Assembly: GCA_028869595.1 (NCBI GenBank)
Contig: JAGWRU010000053.1
Span: 3,674-67,673, forward strand
DNA: 64,000 bases
Direction of reading: 5' to 3'
Origin: Rhodospirillales bacterium
GTDB lineage: Bacteria > Pseudomonadota > Alphaproteobacteria > Acetobacterales > Acetobacteraceae
Part shown: positions 38,566 through 49,967 of the stretch, piece after piece
How the letters are laid out: each line of letters opens with the position of its first letter
Numbering within the stretch: position 1 is the first letter of the stretch
Translations under genes and position numbers: made by a program
Notes under the pieces: model-generated
Database searches by the model: none
The model's input: the letters and a program-made list of their open reading frames with translations, nothing else
Told to the model about the DNA's origin: nothing

Positions 38566-39344
38566 GCGCGCCGTACCTCCATGTCAGCGGCATCAATAAG
38601 CGCTTCGGTGGCTTACAGGCGCTGAACGATTGCAGCTTCACCATCCGCGAGGGTGCGATCACCTGCCTGGTCGGTCCGAACGGTGCCGGCAAGACGACGA
38701 TCTTCAACGCCATTACCGGCTTCCTGCGGCCCGATAGCGGACAGGTGGAATTTCGCGGCCGGCGCATCTCCGGCCTGTCGCCGCAGACCATCGTCGCCGC
38801 CGGTATCGCTCGCAGTTTCCAGAATCTCCGCCTGTTCGCCGAGATTTCGGCCCTGGATAACGTGCTGGTCGGCATGCGCGGTCAGTTCGGAGAGGAGCCG
38901 CTGAGCGCCCTGTTCCGGCCGCTGAAAACCGCCCATGCCCAGGCGGCGCGACGGATCACCGGGCGGGAAATCCTCGATCAGGTCGGATTGCTGGCGCAGG
39001 CCGATACGCTGGTGCGCAATCTTTCCTATGGCGAACAGAAATTGCTGACCATTGCCCGGCTGCTGGCCACCAAAGCCGATCTGCTGCTGCTGGACGAGCC
39101 GGCCTCGGGGCTTTCGGCAGGCGCGCTGGCGGCGCTGATGGCGTTGCTGAGGCGGCTGCAAAGCGCCGGCAAGACGCTGCTGGTGGTGGAACACAATACT
39201 CGCGTGGTGCAGCAGATCGCCGATGACGTGCTGTTCCTGCATCAGGGTCATCTGATGGCCCAAGGCACGCCGGAGGCGATCATGGCCGATCCGGCGCTGG
39301 CCGAGATCTATTTCGGCGGCGCCTTGCAGGATCACGGCCCATGA
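38562..39344 (+). CDS. ABC transporter ATP-binding protein (LivG type)
   Basis: Walker A GPNGAGKTT, signature LSYGEQKLL, Walker B LLLLDEPASGL. ATGA overlap with the upstream permease. Confidence 0.9.
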   Translation: MSAPYLHVSGINKRFGGLQALNDCSFTIREGAITCLVGPNGAGKTTIFNAITGFLRPDSGQVEFRGRRISGLSPQTIVAAGIARSFQNLRLFAEISALDNVLVGMRGQFGEEPLSALFRPLKTAHAQAARRITGREILDQVGLLAQADTLVRNLSYGEQKLLTIARLLATKADLLLLDEPASGLSAGALAALMALLRRLQSAGKTLLVVEHNTRVVQQIADDVLFLHQGHLMAQGTPEAIMADPALAEIYFGGALQDHGP

Positions 39345-40036
39345 AGATCGAAGTTTCCGGCATCAATGCGGGCTATGGCGCCAAGACCGTGATTCAGGAC
39401 GTCTCCTTCACGTTGGAGCCGGGCCAGATCCTTGCCTTTCTCGGCCATAACGGCGCCGGGAAAACCACCACGCTGAAAACCATCATGGGGCTGCTGGCCC
39501 CGCGTGCCGGCAGCATCGCCGCCGATGGGAAGACGCTGGATCGCCTGGATGTTGCCGCCCGGGTGGCGATGGGGCTGCGTCTGCTGCCGGAAGGGCGCGG
39601 TATCTTCCCCGATCTCGGGGTCGCGGAGAATATCGACGTGGTCGCCGCCGCCAATGTCGGCCCGGGCGCGACCTTCACGGCGGAGGATGTCTATCGTCTG
39701 TTCCCGGTATTGGCCGAGCGGCGCACCACCCGTGCCGGCAGCATGAGCGGCGGGCAGCAGCAGATGCTCGCGCTGGGGCTGGCGATCCTGGGCACGCCGC
39801 GCTGCCTGATGCTGGACGAGCCTTCGATCGGCCTGGCCCCCAATCTGGTGGAGCGGATGTTCGATCAGGTGCGCGATGTCTGCCGCAGCCACGCCATGAC
39901 GGCGATCCTGGTGGAGCAGAACGTCGCCGCCGCGATGCGCATCGCCGACCGGGTGATCATCATGAATAACGGCGCGCTGGTCTTCGACGGATTGCCCGAC
40001 GAAGCGAGGGGTTCCGATTTCTGGAGCTATTTCTGA
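39341..40036 (+). CDS. ABC transporter ATP-binding protein (LivF type)
   Basis: Walker A GHNGAGKTT, signature MSGGQQQML, Walker B LMLDEPSIGL. ATGA overlap with the upstream ATPase. Confidence 0.9.
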   Translation: MKIEVSGINAGYGAKTVIQDVSFTLEPGQILAFLGHNGAGKTTTLKTIMGLLAPRAGSIAADGKTLDRLDVAARVAMGLRLLPEGRGIFPDLGVAENIDVVAAANVGPGATFTAEDVYRLFPVLAERRTTRAGSMSGGQQQMLALGLAILGTPRCLMLDEPSIGLAPNLVERMFDQVRDVCRSHAMTAILVEQNVAAAMRIADRVIIMNNGALVFDGLPDEARGSDFWSYF

Positions 40037-40088
40037 TCTCTGACCGTGTGATTCACGTCTCCGACCCTCGGCCTCCGACGATCACACG

Positions 40089-40709
40089 CTACCGGTCGTC
40101 GACGGGCTTGTTCGCCACCACCGAAGGCCGCGCATCGAAGCGGTCCTGCCAGGCGGCGAGGGCCGGGTGGCCGGGCCGCCAGTCCAGATCGGCAAAGCGG
40201 AAATCGAGATAGCCCACCGCCACGCCGATCGCCAGATGGCCGATACTGAACGGGGTTGCCTCCAGCGCTGGCACTTCGCGTTCCAGCGCATCGACGCAGG
40301 CGGTAAGCTTCAGCCGCCATAGATCGAGATGGCCCTGCGATTGCCGCTCCGCCGGGCGGAAGCGTTCGCCCAGCGCCTGCAAGCCGACATCCAGCATGCC
40401 GTCGCCCAGCGCGGCGCGGCGAAGCGCCACCACCCGCGCCTCCCATGCGGCAGGATAGAGTTTCGGGCCGTCATGCAGCGTGTCGAAATATTCGCAGATC
40501 ACCGCGCTGTCGTACAGCACCGTGCCATCCTCGCATTCCAGCGTCGGCAACTTACCCAGCGGATTGATCTTCATCAGCTCCAGATGCGGCGTGGTGCCGC
40601 CGACCACCGTGCGCACCAGATGCAGCCGGTCCGCAACGCCGACCTCGTGCGCGCAGATCATCGCCTTGCGCACGAAGGGCGAGCGCGGCGACCAATGCAG
40701 CGTCATCAT
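40089..40709 (-). CDS. glutathione S-transferase family protein
   Basis: 206 aa. SPRSPFVRKAMI..., NPLGKLPTLE..., DSAVICEYFD. Starts 5 nt downstream of the maeB stop on the same strand. Confidence 0.8.
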   Translation of the reverse strand: MMTLHWSPRSPFVRKAMICAHEVGVADRLHLVRTVVGGTTPHLELMKINPLGKLPTLECEDGTVLYDSAVICEYFDTLHDGPKLYPAAWEARVVALRRAALGDGMLDVGLQALGERFRPAERQSQGHLDLWRLKLTACVDALEREVPALEATPFSIGHLAIGVAVGYLDFRFADLDWRPGHPALAAWQDRFDARPSVVANKPVDDR

Positions 40710-40714
40710 GGCGA

Positions 40715-43003
40715 TCAGCGCCCCGCCTGATAGGCCGCGAGAGAGGCGACATCGACGATCTGGCTGACGGAGGCATCCATCGGTACGATCTGCGCCGGGC
40801 GCGCCAGCCCGATCAGCAGCGGCCCGATCGTGGTGCCGCCGCCCAGGCGCGGCGCGAGGCGGGAGGTGATATGCGCCGAATGCAGCCCCGGCATCACCAG
40901 AATATTGGCCGGCCCGGTCAGGCGGCAGAACGGATAGAGCGCGCGCAGCGACGGTTCCAGCGCCACATCCGGGCTCATTTCCCCGTCATACTCGAAATCG
41001 ACGCCGCGCCGATCGAGCACCCTGACCGCATCGCGCATCGTCGCCGCCGCCTCATGCATCGGATTGCCGAAGGTGGAGTGCGAAATCAGCGCGACGCGCG
41101 GCTCATGGCCCAGCTGCCGCGCGGCATGGGCGGCACCGATGGCGATATCGGCGAGCTGTTCCGCATCGGGGCGGAAATGGATCAGCGTATCGGCGATGAA
41201 GATGCTCGCCCCGCGCATGCCCACCATCAGCGTCAGCCCGAATGCCAGATTGCCGTGCTCCGGATCGGGGTCGATCGCCATGCCGATCCCTTCCAGGCAG
41301 ACGGCGGCGGAGCGGGTCAGGCCGGTCACCATCGCATCGGCATCGCCGGTCGCCACCATGCAGGCGGCGAAGATGTTGCGGTCCTGGTTGACCATGCGCT
41401 GGCAGTCGCGTTGCAGATAGCCGCGCCGCTGCAACCGGGCATACAGGTATTCCGCATAGGGGCGGTTGCGTTCCGACAGCCGGGCATTGTGGATTTCGAT
41501 GCCGGAGACGTGGCCCAGCCCCAGGCTGGTCATCGTCGCCATCACCCGGTCCTCCCGCCCGATCAGCACCGGGGTGCCGTAGCCGGCATTGCGGAAAGCA
41601 ACCGCGGCGCGCACCGACTTCTCCTCCTCGCCCTCGGCGAAGACCACCCGCTTGGGATTGGCGCGCACCCGTTCGGTGATCGCCTCCAGCGCATTCGCGG
41701 TGGGATCCAGCCGGCCCGATAATTCGCGGGTGTAGCGGCGCAGATCGGCGATCGGCTTGCGCGCCACGCCGCTGTCGATCGCCGCCTTGGCGACGGCGGG
41801 CGGCAGCCAGGAGATCAGGCGCGGATCGAAGGCGTTGGGAATGATGTATTCGGGTCCGAAGGTCAGGCGCGAGCCGGCGGAGGCATTATGCACCTCATCC
41901 GGCACATCCTCGCGCGCCAGCTTGGCCAACGCCTCGGCGGCGGCGATCTTCATCGCATCGTTGATAGTGCTGGCCCGCACATCCAGCGCCCCCCGGAAGA
42001 TATAGGGGAAGCCCAGCACGTTATTGACCTGGTTGGGATAATCGCTGCGCCCGGTGGCGATGATCGCGTGCGGAGAGACGGCACGTGCCTCCTCCGGCGT
42101 GATCTCAGGGTCGGGATTGGCCATGGCGAAGATGATCGGCTTGTCGGCCATCGAGCGCACCATGTCCTGGGTCAGCGCGCCCTTCACCGACAGGCCGAAG
42201 AAGACGTCCGTCCCCTCCATCGCCTGGGCCAAAGTGCGGGCGGAGGTCTGCACCGCATGCGCCGATTTCCACTGGTTCATACCCTCGGTGCGGCCCTGAT
42301 AGACCACGCCCTTGGTGTCGCACAGGATGACGTGCTCCGGGCGCATGCCCATCGCTTTGAGCAATTCGACGCAGGCGATCGCCGCCGCGCCGGCACCGTT
42401 GACCACCAGCCGGGTCTCGCGCAGATCGCGCCCGGTCAGGTGGCAGGCATTGATCAGCCCGGCGGCGGCGACGATGGCGGTGCCGTGCTGGTCGTCGTGA
42501 AACACCGGGATATCCATCAGCTCGCGCAGCCGTTGCTCGATCACGAAGCATTCGGGCGCCTTGATATCCTCCAGATTGATGCCGCCGAAGCCGGGGCCGA
42601 GATAGCGCACCGCGTTGACGAACTCGTCCACATCTTCGGTGCCGATTTCCAGATCGATGCCGTCGACATCGGCGAAGCGCTTGAACAGCGCGACCTTGCC
42701 CTCCATCACCGGCTTCGACGCGACGGCGCCGAGATTGCCCAGCCCCAGCACGGCGGTGCCGTTGGAGATCACGGCAACCATGTTGCCCTTGGTGGTGTAG
42801 TCATAAGCGAGCGCCGGATCGCGCTGGATATGCAGGCAGGGCACCGCGACGCCGGGGGAATAAGCCAGCGAAAGATCGCGCGCCGTGGTCAACGGCTTGC
42901 TGATGCGGGTTTCCAGCTTGCCGGGCCGGCCGCTTGCATGCATGGCAAGCGCCTCCTCCTCGGAGATGCGCGCGGTTCGCGTGTCCATGCTGCCATCGGC
43001 CAT
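40715..43003 (-). CDS. maeB: NADP-dependent malic enzyme (malic + phosphotransacetylase-like domains)
   Basis: 762 aa from [48 protein letters not shown], and a C-terminal PTA-like domain. SD GAGGAA upstream. The track ORF carries a spurious 113-codon extension. Confidence 0.95.
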   Translation of the reverse strand: MADGSMDTRTARISEEEALAMHASGRPGKLETRISKPLTTARDLSLAYSPGVAVPCLHIQRDPALAYDYTTKGNMVAVISNGTAVLGLGNLGAVASKPVMEGKVALFKRFADVDGIDLEIGTEDVDEFVNAVRYLGPGFGGINLEDIKAPECFVIEQRLRELMDIPVFHDDQHGTAIVAAAGLINACHLTGRDLRETRLVVNGAGAAAIACVELLKAMGMRPEHVILCDTKGVVYQGRTEGMNQWKSAHAVQTSARTLAQAMEGTDVFFGLSVKGALTQDMVRSMADKPIIFAMANPDPEITPEEARAVSPHAIIATGRSDYPNQVNNVLGFPYIFRGALDVRASTINDAMKIAAAEALAKLAREDVPDEVHNASAGSRLTFGPEYIIPNAFDPRLISWLPPAVAKAAIDSGVARKPIADLRRYTRELSGRLDPTANALEAITERVRANPKRVVFAEGEEEKSVRAAVAFRNAGYGTPVLIGREDRVMATMTSLGLGHVSGIEIHNARLSERNRPYAEYLYARLQRRGYLQRDCQRMVNQDRNIFAACMVATGDADAMVTGLTRSAAVCLEGIGMAIDPDPEHGNLAFGLTLMVGMRGASIFIADTLIHFRPDAEQLADIAIGAAHAARQLGHEPRVALISHSTFGNPMHEAAATMRDAVRVLDRRGVDFEYDGEMSPDVALEPSLRALYPFCRLTGPANILVMPGLHSAHITSRLAPRLGGGTTIGPLLIGLARPAQIVPMDASVSQIVDVASLAAYQAGR

Positions 43004-43137
43004 GGTCGTTTCCTCAAGGTCTTGCCCGCTCGGATGCGGGGGCACGTTTCTGGTTTGGCCGTCCATCATGGGGCTGGGCGGGCCGGGAGGGAAGCCAGCC
43101 GCTTCGCAGGCGCGGCGTGGCAGGCTAAAGCGGGGGA

Positions 43138-45834
43138 ATGGCGCCCCCCATACAAACCCCGCCCGCTTCGGACAAGCCCGCGCCGGGCAAGCCTGCCGCC
43201 ATTCCGGACGCCGCCGGGGCCAGCCCGGCCATGGCGCAATGGTTTGCCGCCAAGGCACAGCACCCGGATGCGCTGATCTTTTTCCGCATGGGCGATTTCT
43301 ACGAGATGTTCTTCGCCGATGCCGAGGCGGCGGCCGCCGCACTCGATATCGCGCTGACCCAGCGCGGCGAGCATGCCGGTGCGCCGATCGCCATGTGCGG
43401 CGTGCCGGTGCACGCGGCGGAAGCCTATCTCGCCCGGCTGATCCGGCGCGGCTTTCGCGTCGCCATCGCCGAGCAGATGGAGGACCCGAAGAAGCGCACC
43501 GGCAAGGCGCCGATCCAGCGCGCCGTGGTGCGGCTGGTGACGCCCGGCACGATCACCGAGGATGCGCTGCTGGAACCCGGCCGGCCCAATCTGCTGCTGG
43601 CCCTGGTGGCGGCGGCGGATGGCGGGCAATGCGGCGCCGCCTGGGTCGATATCTCCACCGGCCTGTTCGAAACGGCGGAGATTGCGCCTGCGGAACTGCC
43701 AGGCCTGCTGGGCCGGCTCGACCCCGCCGAAATCCTGGCGCCGGAAACCCTGAAACTGGGCGACTGGGCGAACCGGCGGGCGCCCGATCAGCCCGTGGCC
43801 CCGGCCGAGGCGGCGCGCGCGGCGGTGGCGCAGGCTTTCGGGGTGGCCAGCCTGGATGCGTTCGGCAGTTTCGCCGATACCGAGGCGATCGCCGCCGCCC
43901 AGGTGCTGGCCTATGTGCGGGCCAGCCAGTCCGGCAGCCTGCCGCGCCTGTCGCGCCCGGTACCGTCGGGTGCCGAGGGGGTGATGGCGCTCGATGCCCC
44001 GACCCGGGCCAGCCTGGAAATTCTGCGCGGCCGCGATGGCGGGACGAAGCACACGCTGTTCGGCGCGGTCGGGCGCACGGTTTCGGCGGCCGGGGCGCGC
44101 CTGCTGGCTGCCTGGCTGGCCGCGCCGCTGACCGATCCCGCCGCCATCGCCGCGCGCCAGGATGGCTGGTCGTACCTGGCTGCCGATGGCGCTGCCGCAA
44201 CCGGATTGCGCACGGCGCTGCGCGCCGCCCCCGATCTGGCCCGGGCCTTGTCGCGCGTGTCGCTGGGGCGCGGCACGCCGCGCGATCTGGCGGCTTTGCG
44301 CGACGGGCTGGCGGCGGCGACCCGGGCGGCGGCTTCGCTCTCGGCAGCCGGCCGGGCGCTGCCCGGATTACTGGCCGGTGCGCGCGCCACGCTGGCCGAG
44401 GAAAACCCGCTGGCGCCATTGCTGACGGCGGCACTCGCCGATCCCGCGCCGGCGCGGCTGGAAGATGGCGGGGCGATCCGCGCCGGCTTCGATGGCGAAT
44501 TGGATGGCGAATGCGCGCTGCGCGACGATACTCGCCGGGTGATCGCCGCCCGCCAGCTCGATTACGCGCAGCGTTTCGGGGTGGCCAGCCTGAAAATCCG
44601 CCATCACGCCCAGCTCGGCTACGTGATCGAGGTGCCGGCGGCGGCGGCGGAACGGCTGCGCGCCAACCCCGATCTGACGCTGCGCCAGTCGATGGCCAAT
44701 GCCGCGCGCTTCTCCACCCCCGATCTTGCCGAGCTCGACCGCCGTATTGCCGAGGCCGCCGATCGTGCCGCCGCGCGCGAACGCGCGATCTTCGCCCATC
44801 TCTGCCGCGCCGCGCTGGATCAGGCCGACGCGCTGGCCGCCATCGCCGCCGCGCTTGCCCTGTGCGACGTGCTGCAATCGGCGGCGCAGCTTGCCGAAAC
44901 CGGGCGCTGGTGCCGCCCGGCGGTCGATGGCGGGCGGGATTTCCATATCCTTGCCGGCCGCCATCCGGTGGTGGAAGCGGCTTTGGCGGGCGAGGCCGCC
45001 TTTGTCCCCAATGCCTGCGATCTGTCGCCGGAGCGGCGGGTGCTGCTGCTGACCGGGCCGAACATGGCCGGCAAATCGACCTTTCTGCGCCAGAACGCGC
45101 TGATCGCCATCCTCGCCCAGGCCGGTCTGCCGGCGCCGGCCGAGGCGGTGCGGATCGGCATCGTCGATCGCCTGTTCAGCCGGGTCGGGGCGGCCGATGA
45201 TCTGGCGCGCGGCCGCTCCACCTTCATGGTGGAAATGACCGAGACGGCCGCCATCCTGCACCGGGCCGGCCCCGCCTCGCTGGTGGTGGTGGACGAGATC
45301 GGGCGCGGCACGGCGACGCTGGACGGCCTCGCCATTGCCTGGGCGGTGCTGGAGGCGCTGCATTCGGCGAATGCCTGCCGCTCGATCTTCGCAACCCATT
45401 TCCATGAACTGGCCGGGCTGACCGACCGCCTGCCGCGCCTTGCCCCGCATACGATGCGCGTCAAGCAATGGAAGGGCAGCGTCGTTTTTCTGCACGAAGT
45501 GGCCGCCGGCGCGGCCGGGCGAAGCTGGGGCGTGCATGTCGCAGCGCTCGCCGGAGTGCCGGAAACCGTCACGCGCCGCGCCGCTTCGCTGCTGGCGGCG
45601 CTGGAAAAACAGGCCGGCCCGCTCTCGCTGGCGCCCGCCGCGCTGCCGCTATTCGCCGCCGCCCAGCAAGCGCCCGCGCCGCCGCCGGCCGCCCCGTCGG
45701 GGCCGGAAGGGGTGGGGGAATTGCTCTCTTTGCTTGCGGAAATCGACCCGGACCACCTCTCTCCCCGCGAGGCGCTGGAGATTTTATATCGTTTAAGGGC
45801 CATGCTGCCTGTTTCCGTCGCCGCTTCGACATAG
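43138..45834 (+). CDS. mutS: DNA mismatch repair protein MutS
   Basis: 898 aa. FFRMGDFYEMFFADA, Walker A TGPNMAGKSTFLRQ, DEIGRGTATLDGLAIA. Confidence 0.97.
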   Translation: MAPPIQTPPASDKPAPGKPAAIPDAAGASPAMAQWFAAKAQHPDALIFFRMGDFYEMFFADAEAAAAALDIALTQRGEHAGAPIAMCGVPVHAAEAYLARLIRRGFRVAIAEQMEDPKKRTGKAPIQRAVVRLVTPGTITEDALLEPGRPNLLLALVAAADGGQCGAAWVDISTGLFETAEIAPAELPGLLGRLDPAEILAPETLKLGDWANRRAPDQPVAPAEAARAAVAQAFGVASLDAFGSFADTEAIAAAQVLAYVRASQSGSLPRLSRPVPSGAEGVMALDAPTRASLEILRGRDGGTKHTLFGAVGRTVSAAGARLLAAWLAAPLTDPAAIAARQDGWSYLAADGAAATGLRTALRAAPDLARALSRVSLGRGTPRDLAALRDGLAAATRAAASLSAAGRALPGLLAGARATLAEENPLAPLLTAALADPAPARLEDGGAIRAGFDGELDGECALRDDTRRVIAARQLDYAQRFGVASLKIRHHAQLGYVIEVPAAAAERLRANPDLTLRQSMANAARFSTPDLAELDRRIAEAADRAAARERAIFAHLCRAALDQADALAAIAAALALCDVLQSAAQLAETGRWCRPAVDGGRDFHILAGRHPVVEAALAGEAAFVPNACDLSPERRVLLLTGPNMAGKSTFLRQNALIAILAQAGLPAPAEAVRIGIVDRLFSRVGAADDLARGRSTFMVEMTETAAILHRAGPASLVVVDEIGRGTATLDGLAIAWAVLEALHSANACRSIFATHFHELAGLTDRLPRLAPHTMRVKQWKGSVVFLHEVAAGAAGRSWGVHVAALAGVPETVTRRAASLLAALEKQAGPLSLAPAALPLFAAAQQAPAPPPAAPSGPEGVGELLSLLAEIDPDHLSPREALEILYRLRAMLPVSVAAST

Positions 45835-45847
45835 TACGCTGGCTGCA

Positions 45848-48691
45848 ATGACCATTGCGCCCGTTCCGCCGAAAGCCCCCGACGCCATCGCCGCCGCCCT
45901 GACCGAGGCGCTGGCAACCCTGACTCGCGAACAGGGCGGCGGCGGGAATGGCGGCGCCGCGAAGGGTGCGCCGCCAAGGGAGGCCGCGCTCGCCGCTTTC
46001 CGCCGCCATCTGGCCCGTATCCAGCACCACGTCCAGGACGCCTTCGAGCAGGAGCAGCTGACCGGCTTGCAGGCCGCCCGCCTGCTGGGCCAGCTGACCG
46101 ACGGGGTGATCGGCGCGCTGTACGACTACACGATGCGCGAAGCCGGGGCGGACGCGCCGGAACGTCTGTCGGTTGCAGCCACTGGCGGCTATGGGCGCGG
46201 CACATTGGCGCCGTTCAGCGATATCGACCTGCTGTTCCTGACCCCTGAGGAACCCACAGCGCAGACGCTGCGCGCGGTCGAGGCGATGCTCTATTTCCTC
46301 TGGGATCTCGGGTTGAAAGTGGGCCACGCCACGCGCTCCATCGCCGAATGTCTTGCCGAGGGGGCGAAGGATACGACGATCCGCACCTCGCTTCTGGATG
46401 CGCGCCATCTGGCCGGCGATGCGCCGCTATTCGCGGCCTTCCACACCAGCTTCCGCGCCGCCTGCAAGGAGGCGGGGGCGGCCGACTACATCGCCGCCAA
46501 GCAGGCCGAACGCGATCTGCGCCATCGCCGCTATGGCGACAGCCCCTTCGTGGTCGAACCCAATGTCAAGGAAGGCCGCGGCGGGCTGCGCGACCTGCAG
46601 ACCCTTTATTGGATCGCCCGCTACGTCTTCGACACCCATACGATGGGCGAACTGGCCGAGGTCAGTGGTATTCTGACCCCGCTGGAAGCGCGCCATGCCC
46701 GCCGCTCCTGGGAGTTTCTCTGGACGGTGCGGTTTCATCTGCACTACGTCGCCGGCCGCGCCGAGGAACGCCTGACCTTCGACCTGCAGCCGGTGGTCGG
46801 CGCGCGCATGGGCTATACCCGCCACGGACGCCAGGACGGGGTGGAGCGCTTCATGCGCCACTATTTCCTGACCGTGCGCGAAGTGGCCCGCCTGACCCGC
46901 GTGCTGGAACCTGCGTTCGAACGCGCCGCGCTGGGCCCGCCGGCGATTGCCGCGGAAACCGACAAGGCGCTGCTGGCGGCGGGATTCGTGCTGGCCGAGG
47001 GGCTGCTGATGCCGCTGGCCGGGCGCGATTTCGACGCCGAGCCGATCCAGATGCTGCGCATTCTAAAAATGGCGCGCGACCGCAGCCTCGATCTCCACCC
47101 GCTCGCCATTCGATCCTTGATCCGCAACGAACGTCGCGCCGTCAGCCTGCGCGGCGATCCAGCGGCGGCGGCGCTGTTCATGGATCTGCTGATCGGACGC
47201 GATTCGGAAAGCGAGCGTGCCGATGGCGCGCGCTGGCTGACCATTCTGAACGAAAGCGGCTTTCTGGGCCGCTATCTGCCGGACTGGGCGCGCATCGTCG
47301 GGCAGATGCAGTTCGACACGTATCACGTGTTCACCGTCGACGAGCATACGATCGAGGCGGTGCGCGTGCTGAACACGCTGGAACGCGGGGAGTTGTCGGA
47401 GATCGCGCCCGTCGCCTCCGGCCTGGTCGATCACCTTCAATCGCGGCGCGCGCTCTATGTCGCGATGCTGCTGCACGACATCGCCAAGGGGCGCGGCGGC
47501 GATCATTCCGAACTCGGTGCGGAAATCGCCCTCGAAGTCGGTCCCACGCTGGGGCTGTCGGCCGAGGAGACGGAGACGGTTTCCTGGCTGGTGCTGCACC
47601 ATCTGCTGCTGAGCCAGACCGCCTTCAAGCGCGATATCGACGATCCCAAGACCATTCTCGATCTGGCCGACATCATCCAATCGCCGGAGCGCCTGCGCCT
47701 GCTGCTGGTGCTGACGGTCGCGGATATGCGGGCCGTCTCCTCCAAAGTGTGGAATGGCTGGAAGGCGACGCTGCTGCGGGAGCTTTATTCGCGCGTCGCC
47801 GAAGTGCTGGCCGGCGGGCTTTCCACCACCGAACGCGATGTGCGGGTGAACCGCGCGCGCGAAGCCGCCGCAGCATTGCTGCATGGCTGGACGGCGGAGG
47901 AGATCGAGCATTTCACCGCGCTGGGCTATGGCGGCTACTGGCTGTCCTTCGATCCGGAAACCCATGCCCGCCACGCCAGGCTGGTGCGCGAGGCGGAGGC
48001 GCGCAAGGCGCCGCTGACCGTCGATACCCAGCCTTTGCCGGCCCGCGCGGTGACCGAAGTGACGGTCTATGCCGCCGATCATGCCGGGCTGTTCAGCCGC
48101 ATTTCCGGGGCGCTGGCGGTGGCCGGTGCCTCCATCGTCGATGCCCGCATCCACACCATGACCAATGGCATGGCGCTGGACACGTTCTGGATCCAGGATG
48201 CGGCGGGCGGCACCTTCGATGCGCCGCACCGGCTGGCGCGGCTTTCGGTGCTGATCGAGCAGGCGCTGTCGGGGCGGCTGAAACTCGCCAGCGAGATCCG
48301 CAAGCTTTCCAAAACCATGCTGGGCCAGCGGATGCGCGCGATCCATGTGCCGCCGCGCGTGGTCATCGATAATTACGCCTCCAACACCCATACCGTGCTG
48401 GAGGTGAACGGGCGCGATCGGCCCGGCCTGCTGCACGACGTGACGCGCGCCATCACCGATGAGGGGCTGCAGATCGCCTCCGCCCATGTCACCACGTATG
48501 GGGTGCGCGCGGTCGACGTGTTCTACGTCAAGGATGTGTTCGGCCTGAAGGTGGAGAACGAGCGCAAGCTGGCGCAACTGCGCGAAGGATTGCTGGCCGC
48601 ACTCGCCAATCCCGAGGATGCCGGCGCGGAGTCCGTCGCCGCCCCGCCGCCGCGCCGCCGCCGCCGCGCCGCTGCCGCAGGGGCAATATAG
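45848..48691 (+). CDS. glnD: [protein-PII] uridylyltransferase/uridylyl-removing enzyme GlnD
   Basis: 947 aa. The nucleotidyltransferase motif GGYGRGTLAPFSDIDLLFL, the HD domain LLHDIAKG, and two C-terminal ACT-like regions. Confidence 0.96.
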   Translation: MTIAPVPPKAPDAIAAALTEALATLTREQGGGGNGGAAKGAPPREAALAAFRRHLARIQHHVQDAFEQEQLTGLQAARLLGQLTDGVIGALYDYTMREAGADAPERLSVAATGGYGRGTLAPFSDIDLLFLTPEEPTAQTLRAVEAMLYFLWDLGLKVGHATRSIAECLAEGAKDTTIRTSLLDARHLAGDAPLFAAFHTSFRAACKEAGAADYIAAKQAERDLRHRRYGDSPFVVEPNVKEGRGGLRDLQTLYWIARYVFDTHTMGELAEVSGILTPLEARHARRSWEFLWTVRFHLHYVAGRAEERLTFDLQPVVGARMGYTRHGRQDGVERFMRHYFLTVREVARLTRVLEPAFERAALGPPAIAAETDKALLAAGFVLAEGLLMPLAGRDFDAEPIQMLRILKMARDRSLDLHPLAIRSLIRNERRAVSLRGDPAAAALFMDLLIGRDSESERADGARWLTILNESGFLGRYLPDWARIVGQMQFDTYHVFTVDEHTIEAVRVLNTLERGELSEIAPVASGLVDHLQSRRALYVAMLLHDIAKGRGGDHSELGAEIALEVGPTLGLSAEETETVSWLVLHHLLLSQTAFKRDIDDPKTILDLADIIQSPERLRLLLVLTVADMRAVSSKVWNGWKATLLRELYSRVAEVLAGGLSTTERDVRVNRAREAAAALLHGWTAEEIEHFTALGYGGYWLSFDPETHARHARLVREAEARKAPLTVDTQPLPARAVTEVTVYAADHAGLFSRISGALAVAGASIVDARIHTMTNGMALDTFWIQDAAGGTFDAPHRLARLSVLIEQALSGRLKLASEIRKLSKTMLGQRMRAIHVPPRVVIDNYASNTHTVLEVNGRDRPGLLHDVTRAITDEGLQIASAHVTTYGVRAVDVFYVKDVFGLKVENERKLAQLREGLLAALANPEDAGAESVAAPPPRRRRRAAAAGAI

Positions 48692-48799
48692 GGCGGGCGA
48701 TATAGGCCGGCGATTGGTCTGGCATGCCTGGCTACGCCTTTCGCCGACCCCTCCGCCCGTGGCACTCTGTCGGCCACAGGAAACGGAGGAAACATCGCC

Positions 48800-49960
48800 A
48801 TGTTCGCGCTGCCCGAAGAACACCGCATGCTGCAGGATTTGGTGGCGAATTTCGTCCGCGACGAATTGATGCCGCTGGAACGCACCATCCTGGCCCGCGA
48901 AGCCGCCGGACAGCCCGTCTATCTGACGGCGGAGGAAGAAGCGCCGATCCTGGCCCGCTGCCGTGAACTCGGGCTTTGGGGCCTGGATGTGCCGGAGGAA
49001 TTCGGCGGCGCCAACCTGCCCAGCGTCGCCCTGATCGGCGTCTATGAGGAGATGGGCCGTACTCCCGTGCCCTTCACCTTTCCGCCCGACAGCCCCAACC
49101 TGCATATGTTGAGCGCGGTGGCGAGCCCTGAGCAGCGCGCCCGCTATCTGGAACCCTATGCGCGGGGGGAAAAACGCTCGGCCATCGCGATTTCCGAACC
49201 CGGCGCGGGCGGCGATCCGGCGGGGATGATCACCCGGGCGACCCGCGACGGTGATGGCTGGCTGATCAACGGGCGCAAGATCTGGGTCAGCCGCGTGCCC
49301 AAAGCAGATTTCCTGATTGTAATGGCCCGCACTGGCGATGGTAAGCGCCACGAAGGCATCACCGCCTTTCTGGTGGATTTGCCCAGCGAAGGGTTCCAGA
49401 TCGAGCGTGAAATCCCGATGATCGGCGGCCAGCGTACCTATGAACTGGTGTTCGAGAATTGCCGTGTGCCGGACAGCCAGGTGTTGGGCGCGCTCGGCCA
49501 GGGTTTCGCGCCGATGCAATTGCGCCTGACGGTGCGGCGGTTGCAGATGGGGGCGTGGTGCACCGGCATGGCGCGCAGGGCGCTGGATATGCTGTGCGAC
49601 TACGCGACCCAGCGCAGCACCTTCGGCGTCAAGCTGGCCGACCGCCAGGCGGTGCAATGGTGGATCGCCGAGGCCGCGACGCGCATCCATGCCTGCCATC
49701 TGATGCTGCTGGACGCGGCGGCCAAGCAGGATGCCGGGCAGGACGTGCGCACCGAAGCCTCGATGATCAAGGTCTACGCGACCGAGATGGCGCAGGAAGT
49801 GTTGGACAATGCGATGCAGACCATGGGCGCCATGGGCATGACCAAGGAAATGCCGCTGCAATTGATGGCGCAGAAAGTGCGCAGCATGCGCGTCTATGAG
49901 GGGCCGAGCGAGGTGCATCGCATGACCATCGCCCGCCGTCTGTTGAAGGCCAGAGGATAG
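48800..49960 (+). CDS. acyl-CoA dehydrogenase family protein
   Basis: 386 aa. ISEPGAGGDP, WVSR, and the C-terminal YEGPSEVHRMTIAR pattern typical of ACADs. Confidence 0.92.
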   Translation: MFALPEEHRMLQDLVANFVRDELMPLERTILAREAAGQPVYLTAEEEAPILARCRELGLWGLDVPEEFGGANLPSVALIGVYEEMGRTPVPFTFPPDSPNLHMLSAVASPEQRARYLEPYARGEKRSAIAISEPGAGGDPAGMITRATRDGDGWLINGRKIWVSRVPKADFLIVMARTGDGKRHEGITAFLVDLPSEGFQIEREIPMIGGQRTYELVFENCRVPDSQVLGALGQGFAPMQLRLTVRRLQMGAWCTGMARRALDMLCDYATQRSTFGVKLADRQAVQWWIAEAATRIHACHLMLLDAAAKQDAGQDVRTEASMIKVYATEMAQEVLDNAMQTMGAMGMTKEMPLQLMAQKVRSMRVYEGPSEVHRMTIARRLLKARG

Positions 49961-49967
49961 GACGCCG

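Noticed and set aside
42885-45537. Long alternative frames inside mutS: 42885..45200 (+, 771 aa), 44368..45537 (-, 389 aa), 43066..44052 (-) and 43553..44434 (-).
   Set aside because: All overlap the MutS frame, which carries the Walker A and mismatch-recognition motifs. Their translations are low-complexity and rich in Arg, Pro and Gly.
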